64,000 nucleotides of DNA. Origin: Alphaproteobacteria bacterium (GTDB taxonomy: Bacteria > Pseudomonadota > Alphaproteobacteria > MPNO01). The notes below the pieces were generated by a model that saw nothing but the letters and a program-made list of their open reading frames with translations, was not told the origin of the DNA and made no database searches. The stretch is taken from the NCBI GenBank assembly GCA_965117055.1, contig OZ220750.1:301440-365439 (forward strand), in the 5' to 3' direction. The position numbers and the translations under genes are program-made. Shown here piece after piece: positions 1-8,353 of the stretch. Within the stretch, counting starts at the first letter, position 1; each line of letters starts with the position of its first letter.

Positions 1-166
1 GCTCGTCGTCCTGGGGCGGGTCGGTGGCGACGCTGTAGGCTAGAAACGCCGCGCCTCCCAGCATGATCGCGGTCGCCGCCTTGTCGGCGCGCGCGCCGCC
101 CGGCATGGCGACCGCGACGGCCGCGGCCAGCGACAACGCAACGGCAAGCAGGCGATTTCCGAACAC
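1..166 (-). CDS. Partial CDS (N-terminus only; continues beyond window start): predicted secreted protein with signal peptide
   Basis: Minus-strand GTG at 166 gives VFGNRLLAVALSLAAAVAVAMPGGARADKAATAIMLGGAAFLAYSV..., a typical signal-peptide-like N-terminus with GC3-rich codons; truncated by window edge. Confidence 0.3.
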   Translation of the reverse strand, partial: MFGNRLLAVALSLAAAVAVAMPGGARADKAATAIMLGGAAFLAYSVATDPPQDDE

Positions 167-212
167 GCAACCCTCCCCGAATGGCCGCTCATATTAGGCT
201 CGGGCGCGGCTG

Positions 213-1040
213 GTGCAATCGGCGGCGGGCGGCGATAACCTGCATCCGCCCATGGACGACGCCGCGACACATCGCGAAACCGGGAGGGCGGGGCTGCGGA
301 GCGTGCTCGCGTTTTGCGCCGTCTCGGCGATCGCCGGCGCGATCCTCTATCGCTTTCCGTCGATCGACCTGTTCTTCGCCGGCCTGTTCCACGACCCCGG
401 GCACGGGTTCCCGGCGGCGCGCGACCCCGACGTCCAGGCGATCCGCAAGGGCTTCATCCGGGTCGGCTATGTCGTATTCGCCGGCCTCCTCCTCGCCGTC
501 GCCGCGCGGCATCTCTGGGGCCGCTACCTGTTCGGCCTCACGCGACGGTCGATCTGCTTCATCGTCGTCTTTTCGGTGCTCGGGCCGGGGCTGATCGTCA
601 ACCACGTGTTCAAGGACCACTGGGACCGCGCCCGCCCGCGCGCCGTCGTCGAGTTCGGCGGCGAGAAGACCTTCACGCCGCCTCTGGTCATCGCCGATCA
701 GTGCGAGCGCAACTGCTCCTTCGTCTCCGGCGAGGCGAGCTACGGCTTCGCCTATGTGGCGCTCGCGTTTCTCGTGGCGCCGCGCTGGAGGCGGCGGGTA
801 TTCTGGGCGGCGATAGGCTTCGGTTCCGTCGTCGGGGCGTTCCGCATGCTGGTGGGCGCGCATTTCCTGAGCGACGTGTTCTTCGCCGGGGTGTTTACCG
901 TCGCCATGGCGTGGTACGCCCACCGCGAGATCGTCCGGCGCGGGCGGCTCGACCGGGCGATGGACCGGGCGGCGGACTGGCTCGGGATTCCGCGCGATCC
1001 GGTCGCCGCGCGGCGGATTAGGGAAGGAAAACTCGAATGA
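213..1040 (+). CDS. PAP2-superfamily membrane phosphatase (lipid phosphatase-like)
   Basis: PAP2 motifs present: KDHWDRARP (KxxxxxxRP), SFVSGEAS (PSGH-like), GAHFLSDV (SRxxxxxHxxxD-like); several hydrophobic segments; alternative start at 252. Confidence 0.65.
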   Translation: MQSAAGGDNLHPPMDDAATHRETGRAGLRSVLAFCAVSAIAGAILYRFPSIDLFFAGLFHDPGHGFPAARDPDVQAIRKGFIRVGYVVFAGLLLAVAARHLWGRYLFGLTRRSICFIVVFSVLGPGLIVNHVFKDHWDRARPRAVVEFGGEKTFTPPLVIADQCERNCSFVSGEASYGFAYVALAFLVAPRWRRRVFWAAIGFGSVVGAFRMLVGAHFLSDVFFAGVFTVAMAWYAHREIVRRGRLDRAMDRAADWLGIPRDPVAARRIREGKLE

Positions 1041-1897
1041 CGGTTTACCGCGGCTTCGACCAGGAGACCCTCGACACCGAATACCGGGCGCGCGGCACCG
1101 TGCCGGTCGAGGTGTTCGAGGCGGCCATCGCGCGCTACGGCTCCGACAGCGCGCGGGCGCGGAAAAGCCTCGAATGCCGCGAGGACGTGGCTTACGGCGA
1201 CACGCCCGACGAGGTGGTCGACATCTTCCCGGCCGGCGCGGGCGCGCCCGTCCTGTTCTTCATCCATGGTGGCTACTGGCGGATGCTGAGCCAGAAGGAA
1301 AGCGCCTTCATGGCCGAGTGCTTCGTCGGCCTCGGCGCCGCCGTGGTGACGGTGAACTACAGCCTCGCGCCCGGGGCCAGCCTCGACACCATCGTCGCGC
1401 AATGCCGCCGGGCGCTCGCCTGGACGTACGGCAACGCCGCCTCGTTCGGCGCCGATCCGGAGCGGATCTTCGTGACCGGGAGCTCGGCCGGCGGGCACCT
1501 GACGGGCGCGATGATCTCCGGTGGCTGGCACGCGGAGTTCGGCGCGCCGGAGGACATCGTCAAGGGCGCCTGCGCGCTCTCCGGCATTTTCGACCTGGAG
1601 CCGATCCGGCTCTCGGAGGTCAACGAATGGGCGCAGCTCGACGAGGCGGCGGCGCGGCGCAACAGCCCGATCCACCATCTGCCGGCGAAGGGCTGCCCGC
1701 TGATCGTCACCTACGGAGGCAACGAGACCGCCGAGTTCAAGCGCCAGACCGACGACTACGCGGCCGCCTGGCGCGCGGCGGGCTTCTCCGCCGACTATAT
1801 CGACCTGCCGGAGACCAACCATTTCGACATCGTCTTCGAATACCAGAACCCGGACGGACGCCTGACCCGCGCGGTGCGCGCCGCGATGGGGCTGTAA
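1037..1897 (+). CDS. alpha/beta hydrolase, arylformamidase/esterase-like (hydrolase fold-3)
   Basis: HGGYW oxyanion motif and GSSAGGHL nucleophile elbow; ATGA overlap with upstream gene. Confidence 0.7.
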   Translation: MTVYRGFDQETLDTEYRARGTVPVEVFEAAIARYGSDSARARKSLECREDVAYGDTPDEVVDIFPAGAGAPVLFFIHGGYWRMLSQKESAFMAECFVGLGAAVVTVNYSLAPGASLDTIVAQCRRALAWTYGNAASFGADPERIFVTGSSAGGHLTGAMISGGWHAEFGAPEDIVKGACALSGIFDLEPIRLSEVNEWAQLDEAAARRNSPIHHLPAKGCPLIVTYGGNETAEFKRQTDDYAAAWRAAGFSADYIDLPETNHFDIVFEYQNPDGRLTRAVRAAMGL

Positions 1898-1958
1898 CCG
1901 CCGCCGATGCAGGATGGGCGGTTACATCGCTGTGTCCTTCGGCACCGCCCCAATTGTC

Positions 1959-2069
1959 GTCATGCCCGGACTTGTTCCGGGCATCCACGTCCCTCCACCG
2001 CCTCGCCCGCTCCCGGCGCGCACCGCGATGCCGCAAGACGTGGATGCCCGGAACAAGTCCGGGCATGAC
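1959..2069. repeat. REP/BIME-like element: two 33-bp inverted copies (each itself a hairpin, stem ATGCCCGG / CCGGGCAT) separated by 45 bp
   Basis: gtcatgcccggacttgttccgggcatccacgtc at 1959-1991 and its exact reverse complement at 2037-2069, in the intergenic region between hydrolase and PhyH gene. Confidence 0.6.
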
Positions 2070-2453
2070 GGTGTGGGGGAAAGCGGGGCGTCGGCGCCCC
2101 TTTCCTTTGCCGGGCACGCCGCCCCCCATGTGGAGGACACGATCGTGCATGCGACCGCCATCGCTACCGACGCGATCGTCGCCCGGCGCCGCGCGCGCAC
2201 GTTCGGCATTTGCCGATGGAAATGTCGACAGGCGGGTCGAGTCGGCAAAGGTCGACATTCCCGCCCGGCATCGGGGGGACGCGAATGTCGGGCCGGTGGC
2301 GATTTGTCTACCCGATGCCCGGGTCGACGGCGGGAACCTGCTTCGTCAACCGGTGAAAGACGCTATTGTGTGCCGCATGAAGTCGATCCCGGTTCGTGTC
2401 GCAAACGCCGCAGACGTCAGGAAACGAATGGCATTGGCTGACGGGAGGCCGCG

Positions 2454-3278
2454 ATGGGCAAGATACTGAGCGCCGAACAAATCGCCGCGTTCGAGCGCGA
2501 CGGCTACGTCTTTCCGGTCGATGCGATGAGCGCGGAGGAAGCCCGGGCGCTCGGCCGCCGGATCGAGGACTACGAGCGCGAAACCGGCGCCGACGCGACC
2601 AAGCAGCTCCGCGTCAAGGGCCATCTCGTGTTCCCCTGGCTGGTCGAGCTCTCGCGCCATCCGGCGATCCTCGACGCGGTCGAGGACCTGCTCGGCCCCG
2701 ACATCTTCGTCTACATGTCGACCTTCTGGTTCAAGGGCGCGGGCGATGCGTCCTACGTCTCGTGGCACCAGGACTCGGCCTATTACGGCCTCGACCCGCA
2801 CGAGGAGGCGACGGTGTGGTTCGCGTTCAGCGATTCGACGCCGGAGAGCGGCTGCGTCCGGGTGATCCCGGGCAGCCACCGCGGCGAGGAGAAGGTCCAT
2901 GTCGAGACCTACGACGAGGACAACCTCCTGTCGCGCGGCCAGACGCTGGAGGGGATCGACGACGGCGATGCCGTCGACATGGTGCTCCGCGCGGGGCAGT
3001 TCTCGATCCACCACGAGCGCCTGATCCACGGCTCCGACCCCAACCGGAGCGCGTGGCGCCGGATGGGGATCTCGTTCATCTACATCCCGACCCATGTGAG
3101 GTCCGCGATCGGCCGCCGCTCCGCGCTGCTGGTGAGAGGCGAGGACCGCCACGGCAACTGGGACGCGGACCCGGAGCCCCGCTTCGACCTCGACCCGGTC
3201 TGCGTCGAGCTCATGGAACGGAGCCTCGCCGGCTACACGGACCGCGCGGTCGAGCAGGAGGCGACCCGGGACGGCTGA
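2454..3278 (+). CDS. phytanoyl-CoA dioxygenase (PhyH) family Fe(II)/2-oxoglutarate oxygenase
   Basis: HQDSAY (HxD iron-binding motif), conserved distal His in IHHERLIHGS; good SD (GGAGG) before ATG. Confidence 0.75.
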   Translation: MGKILSAEQIAAFERDGYVFPVDAMSAEEARALGRRIEDYERETGADATKQLRVKGHLVFPWLVELSRHPAILDAVEDLLGPDIFVYMSTFWFKGAGDASYVSWHQDSAYYGLDPHEEATVWFAFSDSTPESGCVRVIPGSHRGEEKVHVETYDEDNLLSRGQTLEGIDDGDAVDMVLRAGQFSIHHERLIHGSDPNRSAWRRMGISFIYIPTHVRSAIGRRSALLVRGEDRHGNWDADPEPRFDLDPVCVELMERSLAGYTDRAVEQEATRDG

Positions 3279-3347
3279 AGCCGCCCGCTTGCGAGCCGGC
3301 GGCATCCGGCGGATACTTGAGCCGAACCCGCGAGGAGGAGACGCGGA

Positions 3348-4616
3348 ATGGACGGAACGAGCGGTTTCCAGCCCAACGGCAACGGCGCCGCGCCGGCAGA
3401 CCTGATCTGGCCGGCCGACGAGTGGCAGGTGCCGGACTGGGTCTATACCGATGATCGGATCTACGAGCGCGAGCAGGAGCGCATCTTCTTCGGCCGGCAC
3501 TGGAACTTCGTCGGCCTCGAATGCGAGGTGCCGAAGCCGGGCGACTACATCCGCTCCTATGTCGGCGAAATCCCGGTCGTGGTCACCCGCGACATGGACG
3601 GCGGGTTCCACGTCTTCGAGAACCGCTGCGCCCACCGCGGCGCCGAGTACTGCCGCGAGTACCGGGGCAACACCGAGCGCTTCGTCTGTCCCTATCACAA
3701 CTGGACCTACGACCTTGCCGGCGATTTGGTGGCGGTGCCGTTCCGCCGCGGCGTCAAGGGGAAGGGCGGCATGCCGCCGGGCTTCGACATGGCGGAGCAC
3801 GGTCTGCGCAAGTTCAAGGTCTCGGCCTATCGCGGCGTGATCTTCGCCTCGGCGTGCGAGGACATGGAGCCGGTCGAGGACTATCTCGGCCCCGAAATCC
3901 GCGAGCAGTTCGACATCATCTTCGACGGCACCGAGCAGGTGCTGCTGGGGCTCCACCGCAACATCCTGCCGGGCAACTGGAAGCTCTATCAGGAGAACCT
4001 CAAGGACCCCTACCACGCGACCCTGCTGCACACGTATCTCACGACCTTCGGGCTGTTCGTGACCAGCAACGAATCCGACATCATGGTCGACCCGATCGGG
4101 CGTCACAGCGCGCTCCTCTCGCGCCGCCCGCAGGGCCGGCCCGAGGTGAGCGAGGAGGACAGCGCGCAGATCGCGGCCTATCGCGAGGGGCTCAAGCTGA
4201 ACGACGAGAGCGTGCTCGACTTCGTCCGCGAGTTCGATTCCTCGTGGTCCGGCGCGGCGATGACGATCTGGCCCAACATGACGGCGCTGCGCCAGACCAA
4301 CATCCTGAACACGCGCCTGATCGTGCCGCGCGGGCCGAACGAGCTGATGATGATCTGGGCGGTGTTCGGCCGCGCCACCGACGACGAGGCGATGACCCGC
4401 CACCGGCTGCGCCAGAACAATATCTTCGGCCCCGGCGGGTTCCTCGGCATCGAGGACAACGAGGCGCTCAAATTCGTCCAGGACGGGCTCAGGCGCTCGA
4501 TGCCGAGGGTCGGGCTCGCGCTCCTCGGCGACGACGAGGAAGAGACCGACACCATCATCACCGAGCGCGCGATCCGCGCGATGTACCGCTACTACCGCGA
4601 GACGATGGCGCTGTGA
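3348..4616 (+). CDS. Rieske non-heme iron ring-hydroxylating oxygenase, alpha (large) subunit
   Basis: Rieske motif CAHRG...CPYHNW (CxH-N17-CxxH) followed by mononuclear-iron catalytic domain. Confidence 0.85.
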   Translation: MDGTSGFQPNGNGAAPADLIWPADEWQVPDWVYTDDRIYEREQERIFFGRHWNFVGLECEVPKPGDYIRSYVGEIPVVVTRDMDGGFHVFENRCAHRGAEYCREYRGNTERFVCPYHNWTYDLAGDLVAVPFRRGVKGKGGMPPGFDMAEHGLRKFKVSAYRGVIFASACEDMEPVEDYLGPEIREQFDIIFDGTEQVLLGLHRNILPGNWKLYQENLKDPYHATLLHTYLTTFGLFVTSNESDIMVDPIGRHSALLSRRPQGRPEVSEEDSAQIAAYREGLKLNDESVLDFVREFDSSWSGAAMTIWPNMTALRQTNILNTRLIVPRGPNELMMIWAVFGRATDDEAMTRHRLRQNNIFGPGGFLGIEDNEALKFVQDGLRRSMPRVGLALLGDDEEETDTIITERAIRAMYRYYRETMAL

Positions 4617-5137
4617 GCGGGACGGCGGCCGCGGACAAGCCGCGCGAGGCCCGCGCCGACCGGGCGGCCTTCCGCGACCTCAGGCTGGAGCTCGAGGAGT
4701 TCCACTACGACTACGCCGACGCGCTGGAGCGCGGCGAGGTCGAGCAGTGGTGCGAGTTCTTCACCGACGACGCGTTCTACTGCATCATCGCCCGCGACAA
4801 TCACGAATCCGGCCTGCCGCTCGGCCTCGTCTATTGCGAGGGCAAGGGCATGCTCAAGGACCGCGCCTTCGCGCTGCGCAACACCGAGATGTACGCGCCG
4901 CGCTACCTCAACCTCCAGATAAACAACGTCCGCGTGCACGAGGCGCAAGGATCGACGATCCGCGCCGAGGCCAACTACCTGCTGCTGGAGACCCTGGTCG
5001 AGGAGCCCAGCCGCATCCAGCAGGTCGGCAAGTATTACGACGTCTTCGAGCGGGTGGACGGCAGGCTGCTGATCGCGGAACGCAGGTGCGTCTATGACTC
5101 GGTGGTGATCAACAACTGCCTGGTGTTTCCGGTTTAG
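4613..5137 (+). CDS. ring-hydroxylating oxygenase beta (small) subunit, NTF2/SnoaL-like fold
   Basis: GTGA start/stop overlap with alpha subunit; sequence EVEQWCEFFTDDAFYCI...YLNLQINNVRV typical of RHO beta subunits. Confidence 0.7.
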   Translation: MSGTAAADKPREARADRAAFRDLRLELEEFHYDYADALERGEVEQWCEFFTDDAFYCIIARDNHESGLPLGLVYCEGKGMLKDRAFALRNTEMYAPRYLNLQINNVRVHEAQGSTIRAEANYLLLETLVEEPSRIQQVGKYYDVFERVDGRLLIAERRCVYDSVVINNCLVFPV

Positions 5138-5146
5138 GGGCAGGTC

Positions 5147-5243
5147 TGTTTTAGTTGGAACCGCTTCATCCGTTCTCTTCCGTCATGGTCGGGGAAGGCC
5201 GACCATCCACGATTTGTTTTGGGGCTTATACGCCTAACTAGCC
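5147..5243. repeat. Left terminal inverted repeat of a 5.1-kb AT-richer island (hairpin-containing core 5181-5243)
   Basis: cgtcatggtcggggaaggccgaccatccacga...ggggcttatacgcctaactagcc matches the reverse complement of 10222-10304 nearly base-for-base over about 60 bp, with weaker similarity extending about 40 bp outward. Confidence 0.55.
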
Positions 5244-5428
5244 AGACTTGTTCCATCGCCGTCGCGACTGGATGGGCCAAACATGATTTCCCCGGCACGG
5301 CATTGCAGGCGCCCCATGTCACGGAGGATTCGTCGCCGTTGAGGGCCAATCGCGGTGTAGGCTTGAATCTCCCGCACTGCCAACAACCTCACGATACCCT
5401 CAAACTCCGCCCGGTCTCGCTCAAGCAT
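5234..5428 (-). CDS. hypothetical small protein (64 aa), island cargo
   Basis: ORF MLERDRAEFEGIVRLLAVREIQAYT...; mixed/AT-richer codon usage; stop lies inside left inverted repeat. Confidence 0.25.
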   Translation of the reverse strand: MLERDRAEFEGIVRLLAVREIQAYTAIGPQRRRILRDMGRLQCRAGEIMFGPSSRDGDGTSLAS

Positions 5429-5444
5429 CGACGGCTTCCTCCAT

Positions 5445-5615
5445 CTACTGAGCGGCCCTCGGCTTTCGCGTGCCGGTCTTCTGGACGCGGATCGACGGGT
5501 CCGGTTTCTTGACGGCGGAGAACATCGCGCGGGCCACGCGCTCGGGGCTGGCGTTGATCTTCGGCAGGGGCTTGGGCGGCCGGCCGCGGCCCCGCTTCTC
5601 GGTCTGTTCCGTCAT
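5445..5615 (-). CDS. hypothetical 57-aa protein with AT-hook-like motif (not in ORF track, <60 aa)
   Basis: ATG at 5615 (minus) preceded by GGGAGCGAGG; translation MTEQTEKRGRGRPPKPLPKINASPERVARAMFSAVKKPDPSIRVQKTGTRKPRAAQ; strongly GC3-biased codons; GRGRPPKP resembles AT-hook RGRP core. Confidence 0.35.
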   Translation of the reverse strand: MTEQTEKRGRGRPPKPLPKINASPERVARAMFSAVKKPDPSIRVQKTGTRKPRAAQ

Positions 5616-5883
5616 CGCCTCGCTCCCGAGTGCATCGCGTGAGCCAACCTACGGCATGATCCACGGCTAGCCAAGTTGCTTGAAATCGTCCCCCTTCTGA
5701 GCGACCATCCCCGCTGCACTATCGCGTGGAGACCCGACGTCGGGTCACCCGCTCAATACAAGAGCCCGTTCACGGCAGGGAGTAGCTACCCGGCCGGGGC
5801 GAATAGGCGGGGCTTCCGCATTCTCTGCGCGATAGTGCAAACGGCCCGGCACCAGCCGGGCTGGCACGCAGCGGGAGACGGCC

Positions 5884-6312
5884 ATGCGCAAGGTGCTTGG
5901 CGTGCTTACCGCGTTGGTGGTCAGTGGCGCCCTGGTTTCCGCTTCTCTCGCCGATGAGAAGGCCGATATGGCGCGCGTCGAGCAGGAACTTCGGGCGACC
6001 GCGGAGGCTGCGGCGATCCACGATCGGGCGAGGGAGCGGGCGAGAACGGCGGTGGCGCTGTCGTCGCTCGGGCGGGAGCGCCAGCGGGTCGAACGCGAGT
6101 GGGCGAAGTTCCGGCGAGGCGAGGAAATCGCCGAGCCGGCCAGCCGGCTCCGCGAGAAGCGCGCCATCTACAACCGGGAGATCAAACGCCTGGTCAAGCG
6201 GATGACGCGCATCTTCCTGACCGACGAGATCGAACGGGCCGAACGGGAGAAACTCGATGGCCTGATGCGCGAGCTCAAGAAAATCAGGAAGAAGGACTAC
6301 GCGCAGATCTGA
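5884..6312 (+). CDS. hypothetical secreted coiled-coil protein (142 aa)
   Basis: Signal peptide MRKVLGVLTALVVSGALVSASLA; SD GGGAGACGG before ATG; charged, helix-rich remainder. Confidence 0.5.
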   Translation: MRKVLGVLTALVVSGALVSASLADEKADMARVEQELRATAEAAAIHDRARERARTAVALSSLGRERQRVEREWAKFRRGEEIAEPASRLREKRAIYNREIKRLVKRMTRIFLTDEIERAEREKLDGLMRELKKIRKKDYAQI

Positions 6313-6436
6313 CGGGCGGAAAGTCAGCCAGAGACGCTACCCGGCAGTCTTCGGCGCGTCGCGGTAGAATACGGAGCCCCGCCAGTGGCCGCTGGCGGGG
6401 CTCTCAACCTTCAACACCAACCGGAGACTGAACCCA

Positions 6437-6681
6437 TGGACGGAGAGATCGAGTACCTAAAGGGCAGATTCGCCATCCTTGAGCACATCGTGCTCATTGG
6501 GCTAGGCGTGCTAGGGCCTACCGCTCTCCAAACGGTCGTTACTGCCGTCAAGGGCATCGACCTGGACGCCGTGCCGCGCAGGCGGGGCACGTCTACAGCA
6601 GCGTATAGGAGAGGAATGGAGCAGCAGCTGAAAGGATTTGTCACCCTTTGTGAAAAGGCTCTGCGCGATGATGAAGGGTGA
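6437..6681 (+). CDS. hypothetical small protein (81 aa), atypical codon usage
   Basis: SD GGAGAC 8 nt upstream; rare codons (cta, aga, agg, tat) for this genome, suggesting foreign origin. Confidence 0.35.
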
Positions 6682-6782
6682 ATCTCCAAATTCCACGTTC
6701 TTTGCCTGACGATCAGCAATAGACACGGCGAAGCCCTCTCGGTAGATTGTCTCATCCTGAGAGGGTCTTCTTCGTTTTTCGT

Positions 6783-6824
6783 CCGCCCCGCGTTGGCCGT
6801 CAAACCTGCGGGGCGGTTTTGATT
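6783..6824 (+). terminator. rho-independent terminator-like hairpin
   Basis: Perfect 9-bp stem CCGCCCCGC / GCGGGGCGG with 16-nt loop followed by TTTTGATT. Confidence 0.5.
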
Positions 6825-7053
6825 CAGACCGACACCGATTCGACAGCCATCATACACCGACGCGGCAGTTTGGTCAGGTGCTCACTTCGGGAGACCGACA
6901 GCGCGGCCAGCCCCGTGTCCTCTCCCAAACGAAAAAAACAGGCCGTCGAGCGCTAGCTGGAGGCCGGCGATCTTGCGGCTGTCTTCTGTCATGCCGGTCG
7001 TGGTCTCTCTCGCTCCGTTTGACCGTCCGGATTCACGCTGCATGGGGATAGAA

Positions 7054-7326
7054 CTAGCGAAGCAAATACCATATGTCTTCGCCGTTGAGAAACACGTCGC
7101 ACACCAATCGCCCATAACTCAGGCTTTTGTAGTTTTTCAGTTCGACGGTCTCGTCGCCGATCAAATTTTCTAGTTTTGTTTTTGCGGCTTGTCCTCCAGG
7201 CTCGTTCAATTCTGGAGCGTTGAAGTTTGCGATTCGGACGCGGTCTCCGGTAGTTCCTTGGAAACTCCAATCGTGAAGAGTTTGAAACGTATCGCCATCG
7301 ATTACTTTGTACACCTTCGTTTTCAT
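7054..7326 (-). CDS. thermonuclease (SNase-like) domain protein, short (90 aa)
   Basis: VIDGDT motif plus R..I....APE segment (VIDGDTFQT...RVRIANFNAPELNE) and YGRLVCDVFLNG, characteristic of staphylococcal-nuclease-like fold; AAGGA SD; AT-rich codon usage unlike flanking genome. Confidence 0.55.
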   Translation of the reverse strand: MKTKVYKVIDGDTFQTLHDWSFQGTTGDRVRIANFNAPELNEPGGQAAKTKLENLIGDETVELKNYKSLSYGRLVCDVFLNGEDIWYLLR

Positions 7327-7432
7327 CGGTTGTGGTCCTTCTTGATCTCAGTCGAACGCGAACGGTCTTCGTTTGTGTCTGTGCCTTCTACCAAGTCCCG
7401 ATAGCGCAGCCGCTTCCGGACCGAAGCGGCGG

Positions 7433-7642
7433 TCAGGGCTCCATTCCGAAGTAACGGAAAGCGTCGAAGATCGCCCCTTCCCTGTTAGGTGGACAGGGAT
7501 GCTTCCTGACCGAGCCTTGCCGATTCGGTGCCGATCTCATTGCAAAGCCGGCCCGTTCCTTGCAATGCGCGACCCAACAGGTCTTCACATGCCAGCCGTA
7601 GTTTTGCTTCACCCAGCCTTGGATCTGTTTGTAAGTCGCCAT
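7433..7642 (-). CDS. hypothetical small protein (69 aa), MATYKQIQGWVKQNYGWHVKTCWVAHCKE...
   Basis: ORF in track; lies in the same reading frame as, and 12 nt downstream of, an upstream 40-aa Cys-rich ORF, separated by a single in-frame TGA. Confidence 0.35.
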   Translation of the reverse strand: MATYKQIQGWVKQNYGWHVKTCWVAHCKERAGFAMRSAPNRQGSVRKHPCPPNREGAIFDAFRYFGMEP

Positions 7643-7657
7643 TGCAGACGCCGTTCA

Positions 7658-7777
7658 GTCGTTGCCGATGGCGTCGGGGCAGTAAAGCTCGACGAAGCCG
7701 CACTCTCGGCACGTCAGGCACCGGAACCAATCCGGCCCCAGCTTGCCGATGACCTTGTTCAGATATTCCTGACCCAT
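7658..7777 (-). CDS. Cys-rich 40-aa ORF (C-x2-C-x2-C-x7-C), possibly the N-terminal part of a disrupted/recoded gene continuing into 7433-7642
   Basis: MGQEYLNKVIGKLGPDWFRCLTCRECGFVELYCPDAIGND then TGA, then 4 codons, then MATYKQ... in the same frame. Confidence 0.25.
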
Positions 7778-7811
7778 GCGGACACCCCCTGTGTCACCCC
7801 GGCTGCGAAGA

Positions 7812-7834
7812 ACGGGGTGGGCATTTAGCCCACC
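7812..7834 (-). terminator. perfect hairpin (9-bp stem GGGGTGGGC/GCCCACCCC, 5-nt loop) downstream of minus-strand gene 7862-8092
   Basis: ggggtgggcatttagcccacccc; on minus strand followed by GTTCTT (weak U-tract). Confidence 0.35.
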
Positions 7835-7861
7835 CCGATCCCGCTACTGCATGGAGGCGCA

Positions 7862-8092
7862 CTACTTTCCGCCCCAGACGTGGTAGACGGACCAATTGGA
7901 CAAGCCGTTCCGAGCACCACCCGGACTCTGCTTGCACCCCTTGGCGTCTGCTTCCTTCTTCTCACGAGCAAGGGCTCCGTCGTAGGTCAGGCCCTTCGCC
8001 AGAATCTTGCCGTGCGTATGCCCCTCTTCGCGCTTCCAGTAGTCGATCCGCGCCTGCGGATCGGTCGACATTCCTACTCGGCAGGCCATCAC
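7862..8092 (-). CDS. hypothetical protein (76 aa)
   Basis: ORF MMACRVGMSTDPQARIDYWKREEGHTHGKILAKGLTYDGALAREKKEADAKGCKQ...; start overlaps stop of upstream 32-aa ORF (GTGATG); no family recognised. Confidence 0.4.
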   Translation of the reverse strand: MMACRVGMSTDPQARIDYWKREEGHTHGKILAKGLTYDGALAREKKEADAKGCKQSPGGARNGLSNWSVYHVWGGK

Positions 8093-8187
8093 GCCCCTCC
8101 CGAATAGACGGGGCGCATGGGTCCCGGCATCGGCCGGGGCATCGGTCGCACGGGCGGCCTGTGGATAGGTCGAGATTGGGCGTGCAT
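8089..8187 (-). CDS. 32-aa Pro/Arg-rich leader-like ORF, translationally coupled to 7862-8092
   Basis: ATG at 8187 (minus) preceded 5 nt upstream by AGGAGGGG; MHAQSRPIHRPPVRPMPRPMPGPMRPVYSGGA; TGA overlaps the GTG/ATG start of the next ORF. Confidence 0.3.
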   Translation of the reverse strand: MHAQSRPIHRPPVRPMPRPMPGPMRPVYSGGA

Positions 8188-8353
8188 CAGCCCCTCCTAT
8201 GGTGAACGGAGGCCGCTTGATCTGATGCCGCAGGATGGGTATAATCCTTCGTCACAGCGACACTTCCCGCACGGCCTCTCATCGCTTGCGGGGAGCCATT
8301 CAAGGGTCGGGCACTTCGGTGTTCGGCCCTTTTTTCTTGATGGCTTGATCTAT

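Noticed and set aside
2346-4403. 685-aa minus-strand ORF
   Set aside because: It is antisense to the PhyH and Rieske alpha genes, low-complexity and Arg/Ala/Gly-rich; a typical GC-rich antisense artefact.
7655-7657. In-frame TGA considered as possible selenocysteine codon
   Set aside because: No SECIS-like structure was seen immediately downstream and no selenoprotein family is recognised; a nonsense mutation or separate ORFs is more parsimonious.
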